The translations under genes were made by a program, and so were the position numbers. From NCBI RefSeq assembly GCF_018350175.1, contig NC_058368.1:236904001-236968000 (forward strand): a stretch of 64,000 nucleotides of DNA, read 5' to 3'. Each line of letters opens with the position of its first letter. The stretch's first letter is position 1. Positions 47,618 through 61,049 of this stretch are shown here, in pieces. The notes beneath the pieces were generated by a model. That model searched no databases and had not been told where the DNA came from. It saw nothing but the letters and a program-made list of their open reading frames with translations. The stretch is from Felis catus. Taxonomy: Eukaryota.

Positions 47618-50600
47618 ATCTAAGATCAGGTTCTAATTAAGGACAGGTGTCCAATGCCAACATATAGGAAGGCGAACACAGAAAAATGAAAGGAATTTGG
47701 AGTCCGGCATGTTGACGACTGTCAGAATACATTAAATACATCACCTTATTCCCAGGCAAAATATTCCTTTTGAGTGATTGTGGTGTGTGTCTGCATAACA
47801 GCAGTTTCAAAGGAAAATAGTTTTGCTTGAAGTGGGAATTTATCCAAAGGTGTAATGAGGGGACGACATCCAACATTTGCCCTGGAAAGATCCAGAATAT
47901 TCTTTTTCTCTTGACAGTAGAGGGAGGTTTTTCTTTCTTTCTTTCTTTTTAATTTTTTTTCACTTTTGGTCCACCAGGGATATCTCAGATTCAGAATAAA
48001 GTATTGATATTCCACAAAAGACAAGTAAAAAGGACGAATGTTCAAGCTCTCGGTTGCAAATGTTGTGCAGAAAGATTTCCCAGAGTGCCAAGAAGAGGAG
48101 ATTTTTTTTTCTTTTCAGCAAAAAGTGCAGGAACCTCAGTTAACTTGCAGAAATAAAAAGGAAGTAGGGACCTGCCTGTCACTCAAAAATAGTTGCAAAG
48201 AAATCAGGGATCTATCACCAGAACTGGTTTTAAATAACTCACTCTGCTCCATTTTGCTCGGACACGTTCCCCAGAAAAAAGCCTCACCAGGTCTTTAGAG
48301 GAAGTCAGACAAGGGTCACGCTCAGCTCAGCTCTGTTTAAGGCGCCTGAGGTTCCTTGCGCAGAGGTGGGGACGGCAAACGTCATGGGGACATCGTTGCA
48401 GCCCACTGTGGCAGCAATGACACCTTCGCTCTTCCTACTGGTTGATGTCTGCCTTTCTTTTCATCTCACGCGAGTGGCAGAATCCCGCCTCGTTCTCGGA
48501 GCCATGCTTGTTCAGATCCCGGGGTGAGAAAAAGATCATTGCGTGTATGGAGGCTGAGGGAAGTGGAATGAAATTATCTGGATCTTGAAAGCTGGGGCCA
48601 TGGGGGGTGGGCTTCGACCGTGGCCAGGGGCCTAGAGCAGCCCAATCCTTCCATCTGTGACTGGTAATCCCCGGCAGCAACATCCCCAAACCACTGCTTT
48701 TGGCTTTCATCCCAATTGATAATGTGAAGCCTTTTTCCTGCTTAAAGAAGGCTGTATTCATCACTTAGAAAGGAGAACGGTGCAGAGCTAAGGGAACATC
48801 TCTCAGTTTAATCAAATGCTTTGGATTTCACATCTCCCACGTTAGAACGCTGATTACATGGTCCTCTGCATAGAGAGAGTTTTTCTAATTCATGACTCCT
48901 TGCTTGGCTAGAAACCACAGGGTAAAGTCTCACCCACCTGAGGTGGAACCTGTGCACAAGTCCCAGCTGTGCCCTTCCAGAACCTTCCCTGATACAGGCT
49001 TGTTGAGTTTGTTCTCAATACTCTAAGACTCTGACCACAGAGGGGCTTCCTGGAGCTTCCCTCTCGAGGAACGCGTCTGATTCTCTTCAGTACCTCATAC
49101 TGGACACAGAGCAGGGGACTCAGTTTTCTCTCCAATCTGCTAGCCTCCCCCAAAGGTCTGGGAAGCTTGGGTAGGACTGCTCACTCTTCCTTTGCCAGCC
49201 ACGGTGTATCCAAGATGATGGCCCTCTTCACACAGCTGGGCCTTAGCAATGACCAAGTTGAGGAATGTGTTCTGGTATAAAATGGAAAAGGTAGATGTAA
49301 GCCACAGTAGCCTGTACAAAAATATCCATCAACATCAATCTATCCGTATTCAACTTCAGAAAAGCAAATCTAGGGAGTCGGACTCAAGTTCGCCATGCAG
49401 CTATTGGAGAAAGGCGGGGAGCTTTCTGGGCCGAGCCTGGTTGCCTTTTTTCAAAAATTCAGCACATATTCACTGACCACCACTATGTGTTCTGTGAAAA
49501 GCTGGGGGAACAAGATATAAAGACTGAAGCCATCTGTGGCCAAGATGCTCAGAGACGGCCAAGCAATGTGCACATATGTAAACCCCTATGTGTTAATAGG
49601 GCCATGAGAGCAAAGCTCGCGGGCTGGGGGTGTAAGGAGAGAACTGGCCAACTAAGGCAGAGGAGTCCAGGGTGGAGGAGTCAAGGAAGGTTGGTGGGGA
49701 AGATAGGGTCAAGACCGCCCCTCGTTTGCTGACCTAATGTTTTCCTGAAGGTCTAATTCCATAGAATTCTCCATTGGAGCCAGTGCCCTGCAGAGGGCTT
49801 GCCAAGCAGGGGATGGGGAAATTCTGACAACAGGCAATGGGGGTTCTCCACCAGTAACCCCAGGCTGACGTGTCCTTGATGGGAAGGAGACCCTCACAGG
49901 CAGGAGAGTACCTGCATGCACATTGCTCCGTGGAAGGACTGGAAGATCTTTCAGAGCACTCAGCTGAGGCACGTCCACTTGCCTCCTTCATCAGCTCTTG
50001 ACCCCCAGCACCTGGCCTGATGAGGCTCATTCTCCTTGTATACGACCGGGGCGAAGCCTTCTGGAATCTCATGGGTGAATCAGACCCTGATTCCCTTTCA
50101 GAAAACGGCCTTGCTTATACTTGAAACACAGTCTTTTCCCTCAATATAGGGTCCCCTTATCAGAAGTCATATTTTTTCCTTCAGGGAGGCCTGTCAACTT
50201 ACACTCACATCTATCAGACTCAGCAGACCTGGTGAGTCTCCCTCCTGGGGTGGGCTGCCCAGAAGCGGCTGATGGGTCTCTTGCACTCGAATGCCGTTGG
50301 TGCTGTTGGCCGTGCAGCATTACACCCTGGGTCCTCATTCCTCCGGCTTTATGTGATATCACAGGTTTTCCAAAGCTTTTATGGCTTCTGCCCAAAGGCC
50401 CCATCACCATGGCTTCCTTGAGACTCTGTGGAGCCCTTCGGACACCTGCCTGCAGGTCCTTCCGATTGTGTCTGGGGCTGGCAGGTGACCCGTCATATGT
50501 GGGCTGACAGCACTCAGGTATTGAACTTGTCCTTCTTTCCACCTGACCACAACGCTTTGGGTTTTTCAGCCTCAACTTCTCTTTGGCAGAGAGCCTTCTG

Positions 50601-51037
50601 GAAGCTTGCTGTCACTCCTTCTCAGAATATCTGGGGGCATAGATCTCAAATTGCCCGAGGTCACAGACGCACTTGTCAAGGTAATGGAAGTGAAGCTGCT
50701 TGCAATGGACCACCTGGTGTGTGTGTGTGTGGGGGTGCTAGATCAGAACCGGTGCCCTAAACTGCCTGAGCTCCTGGAGTAAGTGTCCGTGTTGTCTGTA
50801 GCCACCGTGCTCACCTGGGGCTGGCTCCTCTCTAGCCTCCCAGGTTCCTTTCCCTCTGCCCTTCTTTCCATTCTTCCTTAATGAGCACAAGAATGACACA
50901 GGAACAGGCTGGGCATGAGCTTTGTTTCAGCTGCATCCGTAGTCTTAGATTCAAAGCTCTTTCCTCTGGGCATTGCAACCGGAGATGAACTTACTACATT
51001 CCATTTGCGACTATTATTTCTTTAAAATCTACATGCT

Positions 51038-51242
51038 GAGGCGCCTGCGTGGCTCAGCTGGTTAAACATCCGACTTCGGCTCAGGTTATGATCTCGTGGT
51101 CTGTGGGTTCGAGCCCCGTGTCGGGCGCTGTGCTGACAGCTCAGAACCTGGAGCCTGTTTCACATTCTGTGTCTCCCTCTCTCTCTGCCCCTCCCCTGCT
51201 CATTCTCTGTCTCTCTCTTCTCAAAAATAAACCTTAAAAAAA
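51038..51242 (+). mobile_element. Can-SINE (SINEC_Fc)
   Basis: Perfect 16-bp TSD TTAAAATCTACATGCT (51022-51037 and 51243-51258). Confidence 0.97.
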
Positions 51243-51505
51243 TTAAAATCTACATGCTAAGTGTGTGTGAGGAGAAACCCAGGTCGTTATCAATATTCTA
51301 ACCCACAGAGAAATTAGTCAGGCACCTACCAGTTATAAATTCTCCACTCCAGGAAATATTTGTGGCCGGCAAAGATGATCCTGATGTAATGGAAGCATTT
51401 AATGTAGAAAATGTTGTTCTATTTCTCTTCTTGATAGCACCCGACAACCAGGGCGTCGAGCTAGGGAGGGGAGCTGCAGAGGGGGGGAGACTGCCCAAGG
51501 AAAGC

Positions 51506-51596
51506 AATATGTTTGCGAGGCTGATCATTAAGAAGATTAACTTAACCCAGTAGAAGACGTATCAATCTCCTTATTGATCAGTTTAGCAAACATATT
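51506..51596. repeat. Imperfect inverted repeat, 35-bp arms, 21-nt spacer
   Basis: 51506-51540 versus the reverse complement of 51562-51596 gives 29/35 ungapped identity. Confidence 0.9.
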
Positions 51597-54500
51597 AGTG
51601 TGCTGGCGTAGCGTTGCAGGCCTGTCCGGAATGCGCTTCATCAGGTCCGGGGTAGATGAGCTGTCCCTGGTGCTGGCCATGGGACCTCTCGCTTATGGCG
51701 CGTGCACCGATGGGAAAGGTCACCTCTCTTCTCTTCCTGTGCAAGGTTGTCCCCAGAGAAGGAGATGAATGGAGAAGCTGAGTGTGTTACAGAGATGGCT
51801 GTCACGAGCTGGGTTCAAAGCCAACCTGCATGCTCTTGTTTAGAAAGGATTCCTGTGACTTTTCATTCAACAACAAAAAAAGTGTAATGTGAGCCTGTAT
51901 TTGTTGAACATTTAGAGAACGCCGAAAGAAAATTATTTCAAGTATCCCCATATGTGAGAGACCCCGTTGTGATAATTTAACGTTCTTTCTACTGGAGTGC
52001 AGAAACATAGATGGAAATAGTTCCTCTTCAGAATCTAGTGCAAGCACTTTCATATTTTACTTAAAAAGAAAAAAAGCACAAAAAATCAAACTATGCTTTG
52101 AAGTTTTTGGACAGATATCAAATACTTCAGTTTGAGTCATTGGTATGAAATAATGAAGATGTTTTTGAAGTGATGTTTATGTAGGTTTAAAACGTTTTAT
52201 TTATTCATTCAAAAATATTTACTGTGCAGAAAGTCTCTTTCAGCTTCTGACGTCAGACCTGTCTATTCCATACCGCTAACAGTAAGCCCTTGAAGGGGAA
52301 GAGAATGGAACAGAATTAGGTGACATCATTTCCATGAGCTGGAGGGTAGCTTTCCTCTCTACTCATTCACAACACTAAGGAAATGGCAAATCCTGAGCTT
52401 AATTATTCACAATTAGTATTATCGGGAACTTGAGTAATTTTATTATAAAACTAAATTCCCTTCCTAGCTAATTCCATAATTGTTTGCCTCATTTCACCTC
52501 ATTTCATAAAGGATAAATACTTGGCCCAAGATCAGTTGCCTCTTAGTTCTCTTCAAAACCTTTGGAACTGAAGTTCCATTCCAGAGGGACTCCGACACCA
52601 TTACATCTTAACGTATTAGAGATGGGATAGATGTACAATGCTTCTTGCAGGGGGGAAAAAGTGCTTAGCTAAAAGGAAAAAAAAAGAAACGTTCATTTCT
52701 CACAGGAACTCTTGGTTCCTCCGGGGAATTCCTGAGAAAATCCTGGAGAGAGAGTCAAACGCTGGAGAATGTCATTGGCGATGTTATGGAGGAAACACTG
52801 AATGAGCGGGAACAGCAACCTGTGATAATTACCTTTTTATCTCATGTAATTTTCAAGGCTTAAGCAGAGAAAATGAAGGAATCACTTATTGGTTAATTCA
52901 TTCAACAATATTTAGCGAAAGCTTCATATTTTGCCAAGAAGTGGGCCTGAAAGATGAAAATGCTTGTTCTCTGACTTCAAAAACATTCCGAGTCTAGACA
53001 GAGAGCGGGCATGTGGGGTCATGTCCTTTTAGGGGAGCATCTTCAAGGCATGCCACCTGTCCGCCTCGGGGAAGGGCCCGTGATACACTCACCTGAGAGC
53101 GAGTTTTCCTCATGGGAAACTATTTCAGTGGCCTCCCTTGGTTGTGGGAAAGCAAGGCAGAGATCATCTTTTTTTTTTTTTTCTAGAGAAAGAGAAAGCC
53201 AGAATTTTAACTCATGTCTGTCTCCATGTGCAAAGCAGGAAGACAGTGTAACCGGCTGAGTGGGCTCAGGTGTGTGGGGACAGGTAAGCAGGAGGGACGT
53301 GGCTGGGGAAGTTCCGTGGCCCCTCGGGACCAGCCTGGGGCCCTGGTCGTTCTCAAGTGTGCTTTAGCGAGTGCCTTATAGATGACCACAAAATATTCTG
53401 CCTGTCAAAATAAAACAACAAAATGAACCATCCTTGACCACATACCTCTTCTGATGGGACCATGCCTGGTCTTGTTTCAAATAATGAGCTTGCTCACAAA
53501 TTCTGGTTTCTAGACTCTTCCTTAGACCTAAGGAAGCAAAGCCTCTGATGCTGGTGCCCAGAATAATGAGTTTTAACAAATGTTCCTATAATTCTTATGC
53601 CCTTCAATTAGAGGCAATTGGTTTAACAGGCTTACTCTGAGTTTGTTGAATGTTACCGACGTTTAGATACTCAGAAGTTGATATGTAACTTGTCTCTATA
53701 GTTTTAAAGTGTCCAGTGAGAGCTTACAATCTTCATGTGAACTGGAGTTTGACTTAACACAATAGTGAGCCTGGGTAACTCTGGAGTGAAACCCTCAGAC
53801 CATCTTCCTGGGGTCCTCTGGAGACTACAGAGATAGAGACCCCTAGCTGGATTTTGGCATCACCACCATGTTTCACGCCCTGGTGTGTAGGGATTACAGA
53901 CTCAGACAGAGGGAAATTAAGTATCTGAGAGGTGGTAACATCACCTGGGGCCCACCTGCGTCTGTGGAACTCGGGTAGAAGCCACCGCATGTGGTGAGCA
54001 CACAAACACCGCCACGGAGTTGAGGCTGTTGTATCCTCCGTGATGCGTGTGTTCCTGGAAATGGGTGGGCATAGGGTTTAGGAAAACACGTGCCCTGGGG
54101 AAAGCTGGGAAGTGAAAATTCTCTTTCCATGTATAGATTTGGATTTTCACATGTGAAATGAATCCAGAGAAGGATGCCCACATGCAGGAGATAAGTTAGC
54201 TCCTGACATAGGCAGTCTCCTAACTGTTGGCGTTTCCTGGAGAAGAGAGATCCTGCCTTTCTTACCCCAGAGGTGGCGCAGAGCAGAGGAGATTGGGGCA
54301 CCTGCCGTCTGCGGGCAAGTTAGGCTTGGATGGTTCACTGATGGGAGTGACCTTTATAGTTCCTTCTAAACCTAAGAGATTATGATTCTGGTAAATTATT
54401 TGTGGGAAAAAGTACAATTTTATCCAAAAGTCTGTTTGTATTGTGGGTAGCTAACGAAGCAGGGAGATCGGTGCCTCAGTAAAGCCAAAGTTTTGGAAAC

Positions 54501-56989
54501 ATGATCGCCAAAGCTGCTTCTTACTGAGATGCCAGACTTAACGGAATGCCGGTCTCCTCCAGGGAGATTTATTTCTGGCCTTCCTGAACAGGGGACGTCC
54601 CTCAATGTGGGGACAACCACGCACTCGGGGCCTGCCGCTCTTCCCTGCTGTAATGGTGTTTTGCGCTAAACTGTCCCTCCTCCCACACTCCGTTCCCCTT
54701 CAGGGTCAACGTCATACACTGATGGAATAACTAACTGTGCCAAAGAGGGTAGCTTTTGACCACGGAACTGAGTTTTTCTCTTTGCTCAGAGTTAATTGGC
54801 CATAAGGGGCCCAGGTCTCTATCCCGGTCTCATTAGCGCCAAGTTTTAACTACATGACCGGACTGACCCGTGTCCAGAGCCACCGTCCTCATCAAATGGG
54901 GAGATGAAAGTCATCTGTGTGCTCATTGTTCATTAACATTTACATCATCATGCCCGGAATTGGGGGAGGCCACTGTTCTGAGGGGACCGTGCAGGAAAGC
55001 TTCTGAGGGTCCTTCCAATTTGCCACCTGCATTTGTACACTAGGCCTGCAGAGTTCAAGGAGGAACTTACAAGGCAAGGAAAGCAAATAGTCACACGCGA
55101 TTTGACTGACACCCTGCCGTGGGTGCGAGATGTGCCCCAATCCAGGAACAGTAACTGAGGGGAAACAGTGGAGGCTCACCTCACAGAGCCTGCTGAGACA
55201 CAGGACGGTTCACATCTCGAAAGTGTGGGTGACCTGGAAAGGGCTGAGCAGCATGAGTTCCACGCCGTGGGGAGCAAGGTTTGATTTAAATATCTGGACA
55301 GAGGTGGTTCATTCATTCGTTCCTTCCTTCATTCATTCCCTGGCTCACTTTTTGCTAAGCTACGCTGTGCTAGAGAGTGAGCCAGTGCAGGGATACGAAG
55401 CCAGACGGGAGGTTTGTTAGGAGAACTGGCAGATGCCCTGGTGGGGGGGGGGGTTGGGGGGGGATGGACAGGCAGGGCTGGGAAGTCAGCCTACAGCACG
55501 GTGGCCGCTGCCCTGTCCCCTGGTCCCCGAGCGGGGTGACCCTCAGAGCTGCCCCCGGGGTCAGGTCTGACCTTGGGTCAGTAGATTCTCTGGGCTTCTA
55601 GCTGAGGTGGGGGTGGGGTGCTTCTGCCCTGGAGAGGGGGTGTGGTGAGGGATCCCAGCATCCCGTGCAGGGATCAATATTCCACCCATGACGGATCGCC
55701 CTGCACCAAACTGCCGACAACTGTGACCCAGCTCCTGTCAGAAACCCTCTGGTTCCCATGGAAAGTTGGCTTGCTCTGTTCGAGCCCAATTATGGAGCTA
55801 TCAGACGTGGCTTCCTTTTACTGAACTAAATATGGCTTTCTGTAACTGTCACCTATTACCGATGCAGGTGCGAGGGGGGACAACGAAGCAGCCCCCCGTC
55901 TGTCCTGCCTCTGCCACACAATCCGTCTCCTCCTTTGCACTCAGAGCTCTTAAGACAATCGGCGGAGTTACTCAGTCCCTTTCTTGCCCGACTTTTCTTC
56001 TCTCAGCCAAGTGGAGGGCTCTGGTATCCTCAGAGTATAACCACATGGGTGTTAAAGATTAAGGAAGAAAAGAACTTCAGAGAAATCTTAAAAGTCGCTC
56101 CATCCAGGGAAAGAAAAGGCCAGGGACTTTGGAGGACAACGAGAGAGGAGTGCGCAGAGCTGCCGTGGGTGCTGGTAGAGAATCAGTCCTCTTGTAGCAC
56201 CGCTTCAAGTGTCTGACCCCGAGTGGCGAGCGAGTGCCTGGCGGTGAATGTGGGCTGCTAGCCCCGCCCTCGTTGATACTAGATTTGCTCGCAGAGGTTT
56301 TCCAGAAGCTGCTTCCGTGAAATTCTCATCCTGCTGGCACTGACCAAAGCCACCACCTCTCGTGGTTCCTGTATGTGGCTGGGGCATTCTGTGGTGCTGC
56401 TTCTGCAGAGCGCACATTGTGGTCAGAGGCATGTTGTCTTTTCTACACAACTGGGAAGTCCAAACAAGGAGGAGAGTAATAAAGTCTACCTCACAGGCCC
56501 GAGGTCAGGGTGTCTCTCTCCACCCACAGTTGAAGGTGCCCAACACAAACAAGGTCACCCAAAGGAAGGGTCTGGTGTGTCCCCTGCTGTCCCCGGGCTG
56601 GCTATGTGCACAGAGCTGTCCAGAATGTGGTAGGAAACAATCTCAACATAGCAGTCATTAAGGATGTTATTTCCATGGAAAAGTAGAAATGTAAATAGTC
56701 TAACTAAGCTCACATCTCTCCTCTGTACAATGAGGACATCGAAACAGGCGACGTTCAGGTGCCTTCCATTTCAAGACACGTAAGAAAGAAAGATAAACAC
56801 ATTGTAAAGGAGGTCACTCCTATCACATAGAACAAACAAACCTTGGACAGACTGTATCTAAACCCCAAACTAGAATATAATTTGTCAAAACAAAAGATTT
56901 CTGGCTGTTAAATAACCATTTTTTATTTTCAAAGTGTATGTTTTTTTAATTTTTTGGTTTTTTTAATTATTTCTAAAATTTTCTTCTCT

Positions 56990-57105
56990 TTCTATCTCTC
57001 TGTCTATCTATCCATCTATCTGTCATCTATCTATCTATCTATCTATCTATCATTTATCTACCTACCTACCTATCTATCATATATCTATCATCTGTCATCC
57101 ATCTT
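56990..57105. repeat. (CTAT)n-type tetranucleotide microsatellite
   Basis: Directly visible, degenerate. Confidence 0.92.
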
Positions 57106-59339
57106 TCTAGATTGTGAGCCATGGTCCTCACCTCGTCCTTTAAACTGGCTATCATCTCCTCGGTGGCCAGTGGAGAACCACACTCATTTGTGTCTTACAG
57201 ATCCCAGAGGAAGGGTTCTGGCCGACCAGCATGGGTCCAGCGTGCAGCCAGGACCAGTGCAGGCACGTGTCACCCTGAGCCAGATGATCAACCAAGCCTA
57301 TGAGGGTTGCAGGGGGTGGGGGCTCATTGCACAAAAGGCCATTCTGGGTGGCCAGGCACACACTGGCACACCTGCGGTGGTCGTTAGAATGTCAAAGTCC
57401 TTCTATACTGGCTGGCAGACAGAAGCTGCCAGGGGGACTGGGTGCCACATCTCAGCCAACAGGGTCTCTGATGCCCCTGGGCCTTCCCACCACCTAATAA
57501 CCACAGGGAGCACAGCTGGTGTCAGAGGGCCCTCCAGGACATGCTCTGGTGTCCAAGCAGTATCCTTCTGGTGAGTCAATGGCAAAGGCGTAAGACTGTC
57601 CAATATCGTATCTATTGCTGCCCAGGTGTGGGGTTGGGATAAGGCAACAGACAAACAGGGTTTCCATTTTCCAGTACATCCAGCTGATCTGACCCTTACG
57701 GGTGCAACTCCACCAAGCTTTTTGCTTCTCTAAACTCCGGCTTCATTCTTTAAACGTGCTGGGCACGTAATAGGCCAATGTAAGTGATCATTACAGGAAT
57801 GTGGGTTTTAACAACCATGAATTCCCTCAAAAGAGACACATATGGACACCATGCCTCTCTGTTACCCCATTATTACCCGGGAACGGTAGAACTAATCCTA
57901 TCAGAAACTTGAAGTCATTGAGAATGTCACTGGGAACCCAGAACTGTTGCACTGATACAAATTCACGACTGGGCATGAATTCAAAACAGAAGCTCCACGT
58001 GGCTCCCCCGAGTGGCTTTCCCCACGGGTCTCCCAGCCATCACCATACCCTGTTCGTATCCTCAGCGTGTACCCCAGGCGGGTCATGGTTGGCTGCTTCA
58101 TACCCATGTTCTCTGCCTCTTTCCCTGGAACCTAAATTTCCCCGGGGGGCAGAATTTGCCTGTTTTAGAAACTACCTGGATTCCATTACTTGCACAGGAA
58201 CTGGAAACCGGTAGGTAAATTAACAAGTCTTTACTGAAAGAATCATTAAAAAATTCGAGTGCAAAATACTCACAAAATTACAAGTATTACAAGAATGTGA
58301 AGGACAAGTGCCTGGTCTTAGAAGGAGGTGTGTCACATACCTGGTGATCCAAACCTTCATGTCCACCTGTTTGCTTCCAAATGCTTAAAGCAGCAGGTCT
58401 TTCCCATCAGCACCATCAGTTGAGTAACTGACATTTGCCTAGAATTGCTAAAGGTCTGCAAGATGCCGTAGCAAGTGGGTTCATGCAAAGCGCATGTAGG
58501 TCATAGACACCCCTTCTTGTCATCTTCTCCAGAGATTCCCGACCCTTCTCAGATGAGTCCATTCCAGCTCTTTAAATTCTTGCCTGTTGTGGCAATTTCT
58601 TGGTTTAGGGACGATCAGACCTAAACAGCAAGAGATTCTGGTAATGTTCTAGACACAGAGATGAGTAGCACTAAGGAAAACCACACTAATATTAATTTGC
58701 TAGAGTATAACACAACCATAACGAGGCTCTTCATGGCCGTATCCTTCAATTTTATGACTCCAAACGTAGGGTTGCAGGTAATATCATCCCAGATGTTAAC
58801 CAGCCACGCTGTATGGACTAAGTTGCCTCATAACACACTTCTGGTTGTAGACTAATGAGGATTCTAAAGATGAAGTCCACCCATTAGGGAGGTGTTATAA
58901 ACTAATGTTTTAAAAACACACTAAACCATTTGTATGCAAATCTATGCATAATCTATGCATATCTATGTCTAGAAAACAAAGTTGTTATGCATTTGGAAAG
59001 TATTTTACTTTTCTTTTGTAAATAAAATATCATTTCAGGGATAACATCCATTGTTTATAGGGAAGATACCAGAGATATTGGGCAAAATTAAACAAACATG
59101 TTTATTGAGCAAGCAAGAAGTTCTCAGGTTTGTGACAGATAAAACCAGCTTTCTCTTTGAGAAATTGACTATTTGTAAAGTAGACATCAATTGTATTTTT
59201 ACAATTACAAAGATAAATGAGGAATTCTTCAACTGTAGACAATTGCAGTATTTTAATAATACACAATGTCATTCATTCACAAGTGTTTGTGGGTTGTCTA
59301 CAACGTGTTATATGTTGGCCAGCATGCTTGGACGTAGCC

Positions 59340-60094
59340 ATGAATGCAAGAACAAGGCCTGTCCACACACTGTGTCACTTGGCAAAGGCAGTAAGGTTGC
59401 AGATGGAACTGAGACTGCTTATCACCTGACCTTGAGATAGGGGGGTTGTCCTGGGTTCTCACAGGGGTCCTTACAGTGAAGGTGAAAGGCAGGAGATCCA
59501 GAATCAGAGAAGGAAATGCACAATAGAAACAGAGTTTGCAGGAGTGGGGTTGCTGGCTTTGCTGATGGGAGGGGCCATGAGCCAAAGAGTGTGGGTGCTG
59601 GAATTTGAAGAGTTGTGTCCTCCCAAATTCATATGTTGAAACTGTAACCAGCAAAGGCGATGGTGTTAGGAAGTGGGGTTTTTGGGGAGTGCTTAGGTCA
59701 TGGGTCGGAGGGGGCTCCTGATGGCATCAGTGCCCTTCTGAAAAGGCCCCAAAGAACAGCCTCATTTCTTCCACTCTGTGAGGTGTGCAATGTCTGTGAC
59801 CCAGGAAGGGGTCTCACCCAACCCTGCTGGGACCCTGACCTTGGATGTCTAGCCTCTAGAGCTATGAGCAACGAATTCCCACTATTGATAAGCTACTCGG
59901 TCTGTGGTATTTTGTTCTGGCAGCTCGAATGGTCTAAGGCGGTGGACAGCCTCCAGAAAGGAACCCAGGCCTGCCACCCCCTCGAGTTTAGCTCAGAGAC
60001 ACCCACTTCAGGCTCCTGATGTCCAGAACTGTAAGCTAATGTTAAGCCCCTAAGTGGTATTCATTTGTGACAGCAGAAATAGAAAACTAATACA
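59340..60094 (+). mobile_element. MaLR LTR (MLT1D-like), interrupted by a younger MLT1
   Basis: ttgcagatgg..tgaccttgagataggg..ttgctggctttg..ggggccatgagcca, resuming with cctccagaaaggaac..cagcagaaatagaaaactaataca. Confidence 0.85.
59596..59941 (+). mobile_element. MaLR LTR (MLT1A-like) nested in MLT1D-like LTR
   Basis: gtgtcctcccaaattcatatgttgaaac..gtctgtggtattttgtt..ctaaggc. 5-bp TSD GTGG(G/A) at 59591-59595 and 59942-59946. Confidence 0.85.
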
Positions 60095-60204
60095 GTGAGG
60101 CAGACGGCTTCCACCCAACACCATGGCAGCCACACCTGCCACATTTCCTAGAAACTCCTAATGACGACACCCCTCCTTGCATACTTCTGTATTTTTTATC
60201 ATAG

Positions 60205-60238
60205 TTTGCTTTTGCTTTTGCTTTTCTTTGCTTTTCTC

Positions 60239-60286
<48 letters not shown>

Positions 60287-60445
60287 AGTTTGAGAAGGGA
60301 GCAGGGGAGAAGGGCAGAGGGAAAGCGAAAAAGAATCCCAAGAGTGCAGAGCCCAATACCAGGCTTGATCCCATGACCCTGGAATCATGACCTGAGCCAA
60401 AATCAAGGGTCATATGCTCAACTGACTGAGCCACCCAGGTGTTCC
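60205..60445 (-). mobile_element. Older Can-SINE with (CTTT)n-expanded tail
   Basis: gcttgatcccatgaccctggaatcatgacctgagcc..gagccacccagg. (CTTT)n at 60240-60285. Confidence 0.9.
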
Positions 60446-61049
60446 TGTTCATATTTTTTCTTAAAAAAAAAAGACTTTAAGGTAAACTTGTGTCTGTTCT
60501 AGTCTTTCATGTCCCCCTTGCTACTCTAAGGAGGCTACTCAGATTTAGACTTTATAAGGACACTCACCACAGTCACTGTAAAAGGCAGCTCTCAAGCAAT
60601 TGTTAGCACAGCCAATTTCAAGAAATCATGGACACTTTCTGTGGCGTAACAGATCTTGCAAGCGTACGACTCTTGGATCCCCTCATGGGATGGTTTCTCC
60701 CTAAACAGTCTCTGGAGGTGAAAGTGTCCCTGGCTGTATGTATGAGACCAGGTGGGACAGGCCCCTGGAAAGAGTGGCCCCATGCATGGGAGCTGCACAA
60801 CGGGGGTGGTCACCGAAAATCTGCCTTTCATTTCTAGCTCAGACAACAAACCGGTTTAAACTCTTCGGCCCAAGGAATGAGGGGTAATACTGCAGTCCTG
60901 AGTTTTCTTTTGGCCAACCCATGGGTAATTCAAGCCATTGGTACCACTTGGTGCTGTGTGTGGATCCACTCCACGATGCCCCCCTTGTTTTAATACTTGC
61001 AGCATTTTAATCTCTGATGAATACGTTTCTGCAGCTACTGCTCTATCAG

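Noticed and set aside
16617..51237. Family of similar short ORFs (AQSVKRPTSAQVMIS...SLSQK)
   Set aside because: These are translations of Can-SINE copies, not a gene family.
56954..57574. 206-aa ORF with hydrophobic N-terminus
   Set aside because: The N-terminus is a translation of the (CTAT)n microsatellite and the remainder is unrecognisable.
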